DNA from: Candidatus Omnitrophota bacterium
GTDB taxonomy: Bacteria; Omnitrophota; Gorgyraeia; Duberdicusellales; 4484-171
Assembly: GCA_023819525.1 (NCBI GenBank)
Contig: JAMWCT010000002.1
Coordinates: 1 to 37,179 of the forward strand
Reading direction: 5' to 3'
Length of the DNA: 37,179 nucleotides
Shown: piece by piece, positions 10,358-20,122 of the stretch
How positions within the stretch are numbered: position 1 is the first letter of the stretch
Layout of the letters: each line of letters starts with the position of its first letter
Notes under the pieces: generated by a model
What the model was told of the DNA's origin: nothing
The model's database searches: none
Seen by the model: only the letters and a program-made list of their open reading frames with translations
Program-made: the position numbers and the translations under genes

Positions 10358-11007
10358 TTGATATTCTTAAATTTTATATACTTTAACATTGTTTTAATAA
10401 CCTCATCTATTGAAAGATTAGTAGTATCTATATAAATAGCGTCTTTACTTATTTTTAAAGCACCAACTTCCCTGTTTTTATCGGCTTCATCGCGTCTTTT
10501 TAAATCTTCTAAAACTTCTTTTAAATCAACCTTTATATTTTTTTCTATAAAATCTCTTGTGCGTCTTTTTGCGCGCACCTCTAAATCTGCATCAAGGTAA
10601 AATTTAAATTCAGCGTCAGGGCACACAACTGTCGTGATATCTCTTCCTTCAACTACATAATTTTTTCCTTTTATTATTAAACGTTGTAGTTCAACCATAA
10701 CATTGCGAACTTCAGGGTAAGAAACGACTTTTGAAATATTTTTATCAACCATTGGTGTTCGTATTTGAAAAGTTACATCTTCCCCATCAAGATAAACATT
10801 TTCTTTACTAAACTTTAAAGATAAATTTTTCGCTAAATCTACTAAAGCTTTCACATCATCAAGATTACAACTCTCCCATAAAGCCTTCAGAGTAAGGGTT
10901 CTATACATTGCACCAGTATCTAAATACAAAAAACCTAAAGTTTTTGATAGAAGTTTAGCAACTGTGGTTTTTCCTGAACCAGCAGGACCATCTATGGCGA
11001 TAATCAT
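10354..11007 (-). CDS. cmk: Cytidylate kinase
   Basis: IAIDGPAGSGKTT, YLDTGAMYR, VVEGRDI. Confidence 0.97.
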   Translation of the reverse strand: MIIAIDGPAGSGKTTVAKLLSKTLGFLYLDTGAMYRTLTLKALWESCNLDDVKALVDLAKNLSLKFSKENVYLDGEDVTFQIRTPMVDKNISKVVSYPEVRNVMVELQRLIIKGKNYVVEGRDITTVVCPDAEFKFYLDADLEVRAKRRTRDFIEKNIKVDLKEVLEDLKRRDEADKNREVGALKISKDAIYIDTTNLSIDEVIKTMLKYIKFKNIK

Positions 11008-11837
11008 AAAAAAAGACTATATTTTTTATTAGCTTCATTAATTAACTTAACAATTGTTTTTTGGTCTTGTTTTTTTATTGCTACCTGAAACTGTCTTAAA
11101 AATTTTATAAAACTTTCGATATCAGCAGTGATGTATTTATTTGTCAAAAAAATATCTTTCCATACAGATGGAGAAGATGCAGAGATTCTAGTTAGATCTT
11201 TAAAACTTTGCGGTGCAAATTTTAAAATTTTTTGATTTGCAACATTAATTAAAGAAAATGCAATGATATGTGGTAGGTGAGAAAAAGTAGAGATTATTTT
11301 ATCGTGTAATGATGGAGAAATAAAAACTACCTTTGCTCCAACTGTTTCCCAAAGTTCTTTTATTATTGAGACTCCATATTTTTTAAAAGGGGTAGTAACT
11401 ATGCATATTGCGTCTTTATAAAGATTAGGATCGCTAAAGTTAGCCCCACTTTTTTGACTCCCACATAAAGGATGGCATCCAACAAAAGTTACATTTTTTG
11501 GTAAATATATCTTAGCATATTTGGTAATTAACTCTTTTGTGCTTCCTATATCAGTGACTATAGTAGATTTTTTTAAAAAGTTAGCTATTTTTTTCAAATA
11601 TTTGATAATTAAATATACGGGTGTAGCTAAAATAACAATATCTGCGTCACTAACTAAAGCTTTTAAATCGCATTCAACTTTATCTAAAATATTTAGTTTT
11701 TTAAGTTTATTATATGAAGTTAAATTACGCGCATACCCCCATACACTTATTTGTGGAAAACTTTTTTTTATACTCAAAGCCAAAGAACCACCCATAAATC
11801 CAACCCCAATAATTGAAATTTTCTTAATTGCTTGCAT
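11004..11837 (-). CDS. tyrA: Prephenate dehydrogenase
   Basis: Rossmann IIGVGFMGGS, TDIGSTK, FVGCHPLCGS, HD..SHLPH, FKDLTRIS; lies in the aromatic amino acid cluster. Confidence 0.92.
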   Translation of the reverse strand: MQAIKKISIIGVGFMGGSLALSIKKSFPQISVWGYARNLTSYNKLKKLNILDKVECDLKALVSDADIVILATPVYLIIKYLKKIANFLKKSTIVTDIGSTKELITKYAKIYLPKNVTFVGCHPLCGSQKSGANFSDPNLYKDAICIVTTPFKKYGVSIIKELWETVGAKVVFISPSLHDKIISTFSHLPHIIAFSLINVANQKILKFAPQSFKDLTRISASSPSVWKDIFLTNKYITADIESFIKFLRQFQVAIKKQDQKTIVKLINEANKKYSLFL

Positions 11838-11842
11838 AGAAT

Positions 11843-12859
11843 TTAAATTTCTCTGTCAATTGCGTGTGCTATTTTTTTTAATTCTTGCATAAGCAAGGTA
11901 AAATTCTCAGGTAAAAGTTGTTGAGGTCCATCGCTTAATGCTTCTTGTGGATTTGGATGGACTTCAATTAAAAGCCCATCAGCACCACAAGCAACAGCTG
12001 CTTTACTTAAAGGAGAAACCACTTCCCCTTTACCTGCAGCATGCGAAGGATCAACAATTATAGGTAAATGCGAAAGTTGCTTTACGGCTACTATAGCACT
12101 TATATCCAGAGTATTTCGCGTAAAATCTTCAAATGTTCTTATACCACGTTCACACAAAATTACATTAAAATTTCCTTCAGATAAGATGTATTCAGCACTC
12201 ATTAAAAGTTCCTTTATAGTTGAACTTAAACCTCTTTTTAAAATAACTGGTTTTTGAGTGCTACCAACCTCTTTAAGCAAACTAAAATTTTGCATATTTC
12301 TTGCCCCAATTTGCAAAATGTCAGAATACCTTGCTACCAATTCAACATCTCTTGTATCCATTACCTCTGTAACTGTAACAATTCCAACTTCCTCTGCAAC
12401 TTCTTTTAAAATTTCTAACCCTTTTTTGCCTAAACCTTGAAAAGAATAAGGTGATGTTCTTGGTTTAAAAGCACCTCCTCTTAATATAGAAGCACCAGCA
12501 TTTTTGACACTAATTGCTACTTTATAAAATTGTTCTTTAGATTCAATAGAACAAGGTCCTGCAATTACAACAATTTTCTTTCCTCCAATTTCTACGCCAT
12601 CTTTTATTTTTATGATACTATCTTGTGGTTTAAACTCCCTTGAAACTAACTTATAAGGAGCAAGTACCTGCATTACTTTTTCCACACCAGGAAAAATCTC
12701 AAGGGGTTGTAATCTAACAACATCCTCAGGCCCAATTACACCAACTATTGTTCGCTCAACGCCTTTAGAAACCATAGCTTTTAGTCCTAATTTTTCAACA
12801 CGTTCAACAACGGCGTTGATTTCTTCTTCTGTAGCACCTTTTTTAAAAACAATAATCAT
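11843..12859 (-). CDS. aroF: DAHP synthase (type I-beta) with N-terminal regulatory domain
   Basis: [50 protein letters not shown]. Confidence 0.96.
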   Translation of the reverse strand: MIIVFKKGATEEEINAVVERVEKLGLKAMVSKGVERTIVGVIGPEDVVRLQPLEIFPGVEKVMQVLAPYKLVSREFKPQDSIIKIKDGVEIGGKKIVVIAGPCSIESKEQFYKVAISVKNAGASILRGGAFKPRTSPYSFQGLGKKGLEILKEVAEEVGIVTVTEVMDTRDVELVARYSDILQIGARNMQNFSLLKEVGSTQKPVILKRGLSSTIKELLMSAEYILSEGNFNVILCERGIRTFEDFTRNTLDISAIVAVKQLSHLPIIVDPSHAAGKGEVVSPLSKAAVACGADGLLIEVHPNPQEALSDGPQQLLPENFTLLMQELKKIAHAIDREI

Positions 12860-12861
12860 AA

Positions 12862-13950
12862 TCAGCCTCCTTCAAATCTTGCTAAGTAATTTTTAAGATG
12901 TTCTATAAACAGTCTATTTTCTTTATGCTTTCCTACAGTAACTCTAATAAAACCTCTAAGCCCCCAGCTGCTTAATTCTCGTACTATTATTCCTTTTTTT
13001 AAAAGATAATTAGAAAAGGATTTTGCATCTTTTAGATTGATAAGAACAAAATTTGTAGCGCTTTCGATAAAATTTATATTTAAAATTTTTAATTGTTCAT
13101 AAAGATAATTTTTTTCTTTTTTAATATATGAAAGCACTTTCTTTAAAAATGCATTGTTTTTTAATGCCTCTATTGCAGCAATTTGAGCAAATCTATTTAC
13201 ATTAAAAGGCTCTCTCACTTTATTTAAAATAAATGCGATTTTTTTTGAAGTAATACCATAACCGATACGCAAACCTGCCAATCCATAAATTTTAGAAAAA
13301 GTTCGCGTAAATATTATATTTGATTTTTTTTTAAGGAACTGACTGGTATTTGGAAAATCCTGAGGGGCAAATTCACTATAAGCCTCATCAAAGAATACTA
13401 AAATATTGTTACCAATTTTTTTAAGAAAATTACTAACCTCTTCTTCATTTACATAAGTTCCTGTTGGGTTATCCGGATTTGCAATAAAAATAATTTTTGT
13501 GCGGCTAGTAATTTTATTAAGCATCCCATTTAAATCGTATTTAAAATTCTTTAAAGGAACCTGCACTATCCTTGCTCCTCCAATCTTTGCTTGGATTTCA
13601 TAAATCAAAAATGTTGGATAAGCCACAATGACCTCATCGCCTCTATTTATAAATGCACGCACACAAAGTGTAATTATTTCATCCGAGCCGTTTCCAAATA
13701 TTATCTGTTCTGGCAAAATATTGAATTTTTTTGCAACAATTTTCCGCAGATAAAAGCAATCTGATTGGGGGTAACGATTAATGTTTTTTAATTCTTTAAG
13801 TATGCTGTTTTTTATATAGGTTGGCACAAATGGTATTTCGTTTGATGCTAATTTATAAACCTCTTTAAGACGTAAAATCCTTCTTACTTCTTCTATTGGT
13901 TTTCCAGGTTGATATGGTTTGATTTTGGATAATTCTTTATTAAATAACAT
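12862..13950 (-). CDS. hisC: Histidinol-phosphate/aromatic aminotransferase
   Basis: [45 protein letters not shown] (PLP Lys). ATG at 13950 preferred over TTG at 13956. Confidence 0.93.
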   Translation of the reverse strand: MLFNKELSKIKPYQPGKPIEEVRRILRLKEVYKLASNEIPFVPTYIKNSILKELKNINRYPQSDCFYLRKIVAKKFNILPEQIIFGNGSDEIITLCVRAFINRGDEVIVAYPTFLIYEIQAKIGGARIVQVPLKNFKYDLNGMLNKITSRTKIIFIANPDNPTGTYVNEEEVSNFLKKIGNNILVFFDEAYSEFAPQDFPNTSQFLKKKSNIIFTRTFSKIYGLAGLRIGYGITSKKIAFILNKVREPFNVNRFAQIAAIEALKNNAFLKKVLSYIKKEKNYLYEQLKILNINFIESATNFVLINLKDAKSFSNYLLKKGIIVRELSSWGLRGFIRVTVGKHKENRLFIEHLKNYLARFEGG

Positions 13951-13952
13951 AT

Positions 13953-15014
13953 TCAATTAGTTTCTTTAGGATAGGAACCTAAAATTTTTACAAATATACA
14001 AGTATTTTGTAACTCGTTAAGTGCTTTCTGAATACGAATCTCGCTTCTGTGTCCTTCGAAATCAACAAAAAAATAATATTCCCAAGGTTTCATTTTTGAA
14101 GGTCTAGATTCAATTTTTGTTAAATTTATTTTATATTTTTTAAAGGATGCCAAAACATCATGTAGTATCCCAACCCTATCTTTTACAGAAAATAATATTG
14201 AAGTTTTATCTTTGCCAGATGGCAGGCTATCATTTTGAGATATAACTAAAAATCTTGTGTAATTGTGTAAGTTGTCTTGGATAGAAGAAGCGATCACTTT
14301 AAGTCCATACAATTGCGCAAGGATTTTATTACCAATACAAGCACCTCTATTATCAGACCTTGCTTTAATAGCGGCTTTTGCAGTAGAGGTTACTGGAACT
14401 AATTCTGCCTTTGGATAATTTTGAGCAATCCATTTTCTACATTGAGCAAAAACTTGTGGATTAGAATATATTCTCTCTATTTTAGTAGAACTTCTTGCCA
14501 AAAGCACATGAGAAATATTTAAAGTAATTTCTGCGCATATCTTTAAGTCAGAAGAAAAAAACATATCTAATGTATAATTAACAACACCTTCAATTGAATT
14601 CTCTATAGGAACAACGCCATAATCAGCCTCGTATCTTTCAACCTTTTCAAAAACATCGTTAATGCTATCTGCTGCAATATAGTCAACTTTTCTGCCAAAT
14701 TGTTTAATTGCTGCCAAGTATGTAAAAGTTCCTTGGGGTCCCAAATATACAACTTTTAATTGTTTTTTTAATGCGCGACTGACAGAGAGAATTTCTCTAA
14801 AAATTATTTCAATATCTTCGGGTGCAAATGGCCCTTTTGAAAGTTTTTTTAACCGATTTAATAAACTTTGCTCCCTTTCTGGTGAATATATTTCTAATTT
14901 ATTTTTTTCTTTAAGCTGATTAATTTTTATAACCTCTTTTGCGCGTTGTTGTAATAGTTTTAATATTTTTTCATCAATTTTATCAATCTTTTTTCTTAAA
15001 TTCTCTAACTTCAT
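13953..15014 (-). CDS. pheA: Bifunctional chorismate mutase / prephenate dehydratase (P-protein)
   Basis: N-terminal LRKKIDKID chorismate mutase domain; YLGPQGTFT, VVPIENSIEG, NYTRF; ACT-domain KIESRP. Confidence 0.96.
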   Translation of the reverse strand: MKLENLRKKIDKIDEKILKLLQQRAKEVIKINQLKEKNKLEIYSPEREQSLLNRLKKLSKGPFAPEDIEIIFREILSVSRALKKQLKVVYLGPQGTFTYLAAIKQFGRKVDYIAADSINDVFEKVERYEADYGVVPIENSIEGVVNYTLDMFFSSDLKICAEITLNISHVLLARSSTKIERIYSNPQVFAQCRKWIAQNYPKAELVPVTSTAKAAIKARSDNRGACIGNKILAQLYGLKVIASSIQDNLHNYTRFLVISQNDSLPSGKDKTSILFSVKDRVGILHDVLASFKKYKINLTKIESRPSKMKPWEYYFFVDFEGHRSEIRIQKALNELQNTCIFVKILGSYPKETN

Positions 15015-15751
15015 AATTTAATTAAAAATTCTTTTTCAGCAATCTTTAAAGTTTCAAAGTGGCCTATATCAAACCATTTGCCTTTTAATATATAACCAAA
15101 AACCTTGTTATTTTTTACTAACCAACTAATATATTTTCCTGAAGCGTCGGCGTTTTCTTTACTGTTTATAAATTCATCTAATAAATAAAGTGAATCTTTT
15201 GGAAAAAAATATATACAAGAAGCTGCTAAATCAGAAAAGGGTATCTTTGGTTTTTCTTCAAATCTTAAAATACAACCATTTATATCTAGGTCTACTATAC
15301 CAAATCTAGAGGCTTGGCTTTTGTTTTCAAGCCTACATACCCCAATTGTTACACAAGGTTTATTTTTTTGTGAAAACTTTAAAAACTCTACTAATGAATC
15401 CTCGAATAAATTATCCCCACCCAATATAAGCCAATTATCTTTTGTATTCTCAATAGCAAACTGAATATCTTTTATTGCCCCTAATCTCTCATGCGGTGAA
15501 TTTGTTCCATCATTAAATATCTTTGCATTTATTTTATAAATATTTTTCCAGTCTAAAAAATTATTATAGAACTTATTATTTGTAACTACTCTTACTTCCT
15601 CAATTTTAAAATATTTTTCTAAATATAAAATTTTATCCATTAAAAAATTTATTATAGGTTTATTATTTATTTTAATAAGCGGTTTAGGCATTTCTAATGT
15701 TAAAGGATAAAGCCTTGTACCATAACCTGCAGCTAAAATTAGAATTCGCAT
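15011..15751 (-). CDS. Sugar-phosphate nucleotidyltransferase family protein (catalytic domain only)
   Basis: ILAAGYGTRLYPLT...PKPL, GGDNLF, FEEKP, WFDIG; no left-handed beta-helix tail. Confidence 0.85.
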   Translation of the reverse strand: MRILILAAGYGTRLYPLTLEMPKPLIKINNKPIINFLMDKILYLEKYFKIEEVRVVTNNKFYNNFLDWKNIYKINAKIFNDGTNSPHERLGAIKDIQFAIENTKDNWLILGGDNLFEDSLVEFLKFSQKNKPCVTIGVCRLENKSQASRFGIVDLDINGCILRFEEKPKIPFSDLAASCIYFFPKDSLYLLDEFINSKENADASGKYISWLVKNNKVFGYILKGKWFDIGHFETLKIAEKEFLIKL

Positions 15752-15753
15752 AA

Positions 15754-17511
15754 TTATCCTAAAATTAAAGTTTGAAAATTATCTTTTAAAATTCTTTGTA
15801 ATTGTTCTTGTAAAAATCTTTCCACCTCTTTTGCTGTTGAAAATTTAACGACTAATTCTGATATTTTTTTTGCTTCTTCAAAAGTTACACTTCTTATAAG
15901 TTGTTTAATCTTTGGAATTCTTGGTGGTGGCATACTAAATTCATCCAATCCTAACCCTAAAAGTAAAAAAGCAAAAAGCGGTTCCCCTGCCATCTCACCA
16001 CACATACCTACCCATATATTATTTTCATGAGCAATATCTATAACATTTTTAATTAACCTTAAAACAGCCGGATGAGCCGGTTCATAAAGATAGGCAACTT
16101 TTTCATTTGCCCTGTCAACCGCTAAAGAATATTGAATTAAATCATTTGTACCTATACTAAAAAAATCACTCTCTTTAGCTAATGCATCAGCAATCAATGC
16201 AGCTGATGGAACTTCTATCATGGTCCCAACAGATATATCTTCGTTAAAATCTTTATTTTCTTTTTTGAGTTCTTTTTTGCATTCCTCTAAAATTTTTTTT
16301 GCCTCACGAAGTTCTTCTAATCCAGAAATCATAGGAAACATTATCTTGATATTACCTTCACTTGCTGCGCGAAGTATTGCGCGCAATTGTATTTTAAATA
16401 TATCTGGTCTAGCCAAACAAAATCTAATCGCTCGCCAGCCTAAAAATGGACTCATCTCAGTGGGCACTTGAGGTTGAGAAAGAAATTTATCTCCACCTAT
16501 ATCTATAGTTCTGACTATTACTGAATATGGTTTTATCTTTTTTGCAACGTTTAGATATGCTTTATACTGTTCATCTTCTGTTGGTAAATCTTTTCTTCCC
16601 AAAAAAATATATTCAGTTCTATATAAACCTATTCCTTCAGCACCATATTCTTGCGCCAACGAAAGCTCCTCAGGCAACTCTATATTTGCAGAGGCTACTA
16701 CTTCTTTTTTATCTAAGGTTACTGTCTTTAATGTTTTTGGTATAAAAATTATTTTTATTTCTTTTGCATATACTTGAAGTTTCTCTTGATATTCGTTTAA
16801 AACCTTCTCTATGCGACCCGCTAAAACTAAACCTTCTAATCCATCAACAATAATTTTATCACCAGATTTTATATGTTGAGTTGCAACCTCTAAACCAACT
16901 ACAGCAGGGATCCCTAAAGCTTTAGCAATAATTGCAGTATGAGATGTCCTTCCACCAACATCTGTAACTATACCTAAAATATTTTCTTTTGGTAGACTTG
17001 CTGTTTGTGAAGGGACAAGATCGTGTGCTACAATAATAACTTTTTCTTTTAAATCTTTTAAACTAGTTATATCCTGTTTTAAGAGCTTACGCAAAACCCT
17101 TCGTGCAACATCTTCAATATCCACAATTCTTTCTTTTAAATAATCATCATTTAACTTAAAAAGAGTATCAGTATATTTTTTTATACTTTGATTAAATGCG
17201 TACTCTACATTTACTCTTTTATTTTTAATTTGTTGAATAATATCCTCTATTAATACCCTATCTTCTAAAACTAACAAATGCGCATCAAATATCTTTGCAT
17301 GTGAAAAACCAAGTTCTTCAGAAATTTTTTTCTGTAAATTTGTAAGTTCTTTTCTTGTCTCAATTAAAGCCTCTTCAAGTTTATATATTTCTACAGTAAT
17401 TTCGTCATAAGAAATTTTTCTTTTTGCAATATTAAATTCCTCTTTACCAACGCAATAAGCTTTGCCTATTGCTATACCAGCAGATGCGGCTATTCCTTTT
17501 AGTTTAATCAT
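15754..17511 (-). CDS. ptsI: PTS enzyme I (PEP-protein phosphotransferase)
   Basis: GGRTSHTAI (phospho-His), GIGLYRTE, RTIDIGGDK, FSIGTNDLIQY, GMCGEMAG; no N-terminal GAF domain. Confidence 0.97.
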   Translation of the reverse strand: MIKLKGIAASAGIAIGKAYCVGKEEFNIAKRKISYDEITVEIYKLEEALIETRKELTNLQKKISEELGFSHAKIFDAHLLVLEDRVLIEDIIQQIKNKRVNVEYAFNQSIKKYTDTLFKLNDDYLKERIVDIEDVARRVLRKLLKQDITSLKDLKEKVIIVAHDLVPSQTASLPKENILGIVTDVGGRTSHTAIIAKALGIPAVVGLEVATQHIKSGDKIIVDGLEGLVLAGRIEKVLNEYQEKLQVYAKEIKIIFIPKTLKTVTLDKKEVVASANIELPEELSLAQEYGAEGIGLYRTEYIFLGRKDLPTEDEQYKAYLNVAKKIKPYSVIVRTIDIGGDKFLSQPQVPTEMSPFLGWRAIRFCLARPDIFKIQLRAILRAASEGNIKIMFPMISGLEELREAKKILEECKKELKKENKDFNEDISVGTMIEVPSAALIADALAKESDFFSIGTNDLIQYSLAVDRANEKVAYLYEPAHPAVLRLIKNVIDIAHENNIWVGMCGEMAGEPLFAFLLLGLGLDEFSMPPPRIPKIKQLIRSVTFEEAKKISELVVKFSTAKEVERFLQEQLQRILKDNFQTLILG

Positions 17512-17770
17512 CGTTTCTTTCTAAAAAATTTTTTAGTTCATAAAAAGCTTTTTCTGCGTCTTCTCCATCAACAATTAATCTTATCTTTGTTCCAGAATTT
17601 ATACCAAGGCTTAATATTGCAATTATAGATTTTCCATCCACAATTTCGTTATCCTTCGAAAGCAAGACTTTCGCATCAAATTTACTAGCTATTTGGACAA
17701 AGATCGCTGCAGGCCTTGCATGTAATCCGTGTATATTTTTAACTATAATATCATCTTCAATTTTTACCAT
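17504..17770 (-). CDS. ptsH: Phosphocarrier protein HPr
   Basis: GLHARPAA (His15) and DGKSII (Ser46); 88 aa. Confidence 0.96.
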   Translation of the reverse strand: MVKIEDDIIVKNIHGLHARPAAIFVQIASKFDAKVLLSKDNEIVDGKSIIAILSLGINSGTKIRLIVDGEDAEKAFYELKNFLERNDD

Positions 17771-19011
17771 AATTTTTTATAAAACTTATAAATATTTATT
17801 ATTTCTTTTGCGGTTGTAAATGAATCATGGTGCAAATAATTTGATTTACTGACAATATCTGCCTCAAATACCATTATACCCATTTTCTTTAGGCGCTCTC
17901 TATCAAAAACTACAGGAAATGATTTATCCTGAGAATATTTGGCTAAAAGCTCTGGTTTTAATCTACCAGAATTCACTAAACATGCATTTATAATATTTTT
18001 TTGGCTATGTCTAGTTAGAGTTTCTATATGATCAGCTGCGGTAAAGCCATCAGTTTCACCATGTTGGGTCATAACATTGCAAATATATAGCTTTAATATA
18101 TTTTTTTTAGAAATTTCTTCTGAAATTTGCGATATTAAAAGATTTGGTATGATGCTGGTGAACAAACTCCCTGGCCCTAAAACAATCATATCAGCCTCTC
18201 TTATGGCTTCTATTGCTTCTGGATTTGGCTGGGCATTTTCAGGTATAAGAAATATTCTAGAAATTGGTTTAGCTTCTGTAGGTATTTTATCTTCTCCTTC
18301 TTTTGTTGTCCCATCTTCGTATTGAGCCTTCAAGCGTATCTTATCTAAACTTGAAGGAATGACTTTACCCCTTATTGCCAAAATCTTACTTGATTCCTCT
18401 ATTGCATCTTTAAAACTACCAGTTACTTGCGTCATCGCTGTAATAAAAAGATTACCAAAACTATGTCCTCTAATACCATTCCCTTCTGTAAATCTATATT
18501 GAAAAAGGTCTCTCATCAATTGTGGTGCTTCAGCTAATGAAACTAAGCAATTTCGTATATCACCTGGTGGTAAAATTCCAAATTCTTCACGTAAACGACC
18601 TGATGAACCACCCTCATCTGCAACAGCAACAATCGCAATAATATTAGTAGTGTATTCTTTTAATCCAGCTAATATCATAGATAAACCTGTTCCGCCACCA
18701 ATAGCAACGATTTTAGGGCCACGCGCTAATTTTCGCCTTTCATAGAGAATTTCTATAAGTTCTTTTTGTTGATATGGATAAATTACTTCGAGAAAACTTT
18801 TAAAAAGATAAAATAATGCTGAAATGAGTAATATCAGTCCAATGGTAAATATTACTATACCGGTTACTCGTAATATAAAACGTGATTCATTAGACGAAAT
18901 ATGTGGAGCGCTAGATAGAATCATCACTAAACTTAAAACCAACAATATAATCCAACGCTTTATCCGTAGACCCGGATAAAACCAACGGATAATTTTTAAA
19001 AAATCAATCAT
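17764..19011 (-). CDS. yvcK: YvcK/GlmR (UPF0052) family UDP-sugar-binding protein with two N-terminal TM helices
   Basis: IVAIGGGTGLS, ADEGGSSGRLR, PPGDIRNCL, GHSFGNL, GPGSLFTSIIPNLL, CNVMTQHGET. Confidence 0.92.
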   Translation of the reverse strand: MIDFLKIIRWFYPGLRIKRWIILLVLSLVMILSSAPHISSNESRFILRVTGIVIFTIGLILLISALFYLFKSFLEVIYPYQQKELIEILYERRKLARGPKIVAIGGGTGLSMILAGLKEYTTNIIAIVAVADEGGSSGRLREEFGILPPGDIRNCLVSLAEAPQLMRDLFQYRFTEGNGIRGHSFGNLFITAMTQVTGSFKDAIEESSKILAIRGKVIPSSLDKIRLKAQYEDGTTKEGEDKIPTEAKPISRIFLIPENAQPNPEAIEAIREADMIVLGPGSLFTSIIPNLLISQISEEISKKNILKLYICNVMTQHGETDGFTAADHIETLTRHSQKNIINACLVNSGRLKPELLAKYSQDKSFPVVFDRERLKKMGIMVFEADIVSKSNYLHHDSFTTAKEIINIYKFYKKLW

Positions 19012-19481
19012 CTTATAAGTTGTTGATGCTTATTTATTAAATTAACGACTTCCTCTTGTGTTTTAGAATTTTTTAATTGCTGAACAAAGTATTTATCGCG
19101 TAAAAGTCTTGCTAAAAATGCTAACATCTTTAAATGTAAACCCGCTTCTTTTTCATTAGAAAGAAGTAGAGCAATAATATTTATTGGTTCTCCATCCAAT
19201 GAATTAAAATCAACTCCTTCCTCTGATATAGCTATGCAAATCAAAATATCCTTAACGCAATCAACCCTTGCATGAGGTAAAGCAATATAACCACCTATTG
19301 CTGTTGAGCCCATCTCCTCTCTTTGAAGAAGTTTCTTTAAAATGATTTTTTTATACGCCTTTTTTATTTTCTTTTTTGTAATCAGATGATCCAATATAAA
19401 AGAAAGAATTGTTTTTTTATTTTTTTGCTTCAGCCCTAAAATAACACAATCCTTATCAAAATGTTCTAAAATGTTATCCAC
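19008..19481 (-). CDS. ptsN: PTS IIA component (PtsN/Fru-Mtl-Ntr family)
   Basis: REEMGSTAIGGYIALPHAR (phospho-His), GVDFNSLDGEP, HLKMLAFLAR. GTG start preceded by an AAGGAG RBS. Confidence 0.9.
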   Translation of the reverse strand: MDNILEHFDKDCVILGLKQKNKKTILSFILDHLITKKKIKKAYKKIILKKLLQREEMGSTAIGGYIALPHARVDCVKDILICIAISEEGVDFNSLDGEPINIIALLLSNEKEAGLHLKMLAFLARLLRDKYFVQQLKNSKTQEEVVNLINKHQQLIR

Positions 19482-19527
19482 GCTCTCTCCTTAAAATTTT
19501 TAAGAAAATTTGAAGTTGTAAATTAAA

Positions 19528-19559
19528 CGATAAAAGTTTTATTCTGCAAATTTTTATCG
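19528..19559 (-). terminator. Possible weak hairpin or operator palindrome between tRNA-Gly and ptsN
   Basis: CGATAAAA (19528-35) pairs with TTTTATCG (19552-59), extendable by about 4 bp, and is followed on the minus strand by TTTAATTT. It is AT-rich, so it may be chance. Confidence 0.25.
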
Positions 19560-19586
19560 CTGTATTCAATTTAGCAATAAACTAAA

Positions 19587-19660
19587 AGCGGGCGAGGGGA
19601 ATTGAACCCCCAACCTTCACGTTGGCAACGTGACGCTCTAGCCGGTTGAGCTACACCCGC
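19587..19660 (-). tRNA. tRNA-Gly (GCC)
   Basis: Cloverleaf GCGGGTG...CGCCCGC-T; anticodon arm TCACG-TT-GCC-AA-CGTGA; U73 discriminator; CCA not encoded. Confidence 0.96.
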
Positions 19661-19688
19661 AAAGATATTTTTTAAATAACTATTCACC

Positions 19689-19775
19689 TGCGGATGGGGA
19701 GAGTTGAACTCCCATACTCTTTTTAGGAGTACTGGGTTCTAAGCCCAGCGCGTCTGCCAATTCCGCCACATCCGC
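19689..19775 (-). tRNA. tRNA-Leu (TAG)
   Basis: GCGGATG...CATCCGC-A; anticodon arm CTGGG-CT-TAG-AA-CCCAG; long variable arm; CCA not encoded. Confidence 0.96.
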
Positions 19776-19847
19776 GAAACGAAAATAAAAAATAGTTTTG
19801 CTGATATTAAAAAAATTTCTTTTAGCCATATTGAGGGCGTTTTATAA

Positions 19848-19856
19848 ATTATATCA
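19848..19856 (-). promoter_or_regulatory. Extended -10 promoter upstream of tRNA-Leu/tRNA-Gly
   Basis: Minus strand reads TGA-TATAAT, a perfect TGnTATAAT. No recognisable -35; that position falls in the duplicated tRNA-Lys flank. Confidence 0.5.
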
Positions 19857-19867
19857 CAAAAAAGATT

Positions 19868-19907
19868 TCGTTTTATTTTAAATGAGCCGCCTCAAGAATC
19901 GAACTCG
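19868..19907 (-). repeat. Direct-repeat copy of the tRNA-Lys 3' end plus 15 nt of flank (att-like)
   Basis: Matches 20108-20146 as 24 identical nt, then TCA versus CG, then 13 identical nt. Offset is 240 bp. Confidence 0.92.
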
Positions 19908-20107
19908 TCGCTTCGCTCCTCATAAGAGGGAAAACTACGTTTTCCCTCTTATGACGCTTTTCGCTGTCACTCCCTTTCCTTACAAAGAAGAGAAAGTGAT
20001 GTGAGGGAAAATTCTTTTCCCTCACGCTCCCTTTGCGAGTTCGCTTCTCTTATATGCTTTTATGAAAGAACTTTTTTGCTCTTTAAATTTGAATTTCTTG
20101 TTCGCTA
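19908..20107. mobile_element. 200-bp non-coding palindromic element (mini-island relic / MITE- or REP-like) at tRNA-Lys
   Basis: Bounded by the tRNA 3'-end direct repeats. Contains perfect hairpins at 19920-19954 (16 bp) and 20001-20025 (11 bp), an imperfect one at 19967-19999, and seven WCGCT motifs. No transposase or integrase. Confidence 0.55.
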
Positions 20108-20122
20108 TCGTTTTATTTTAAA

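Noticed and set aside
19883-20107. Fourth tRNA, tmRNA or intron-split tRNA using the duplicated 3' end
   Set aside because: I find no 5' acceptor strand complementary to GCGGCTC, no D-arm or anticodon arm, and no tag ORF or group I intron core in the 200-bp insert. tRNA-Lys itself is complete.
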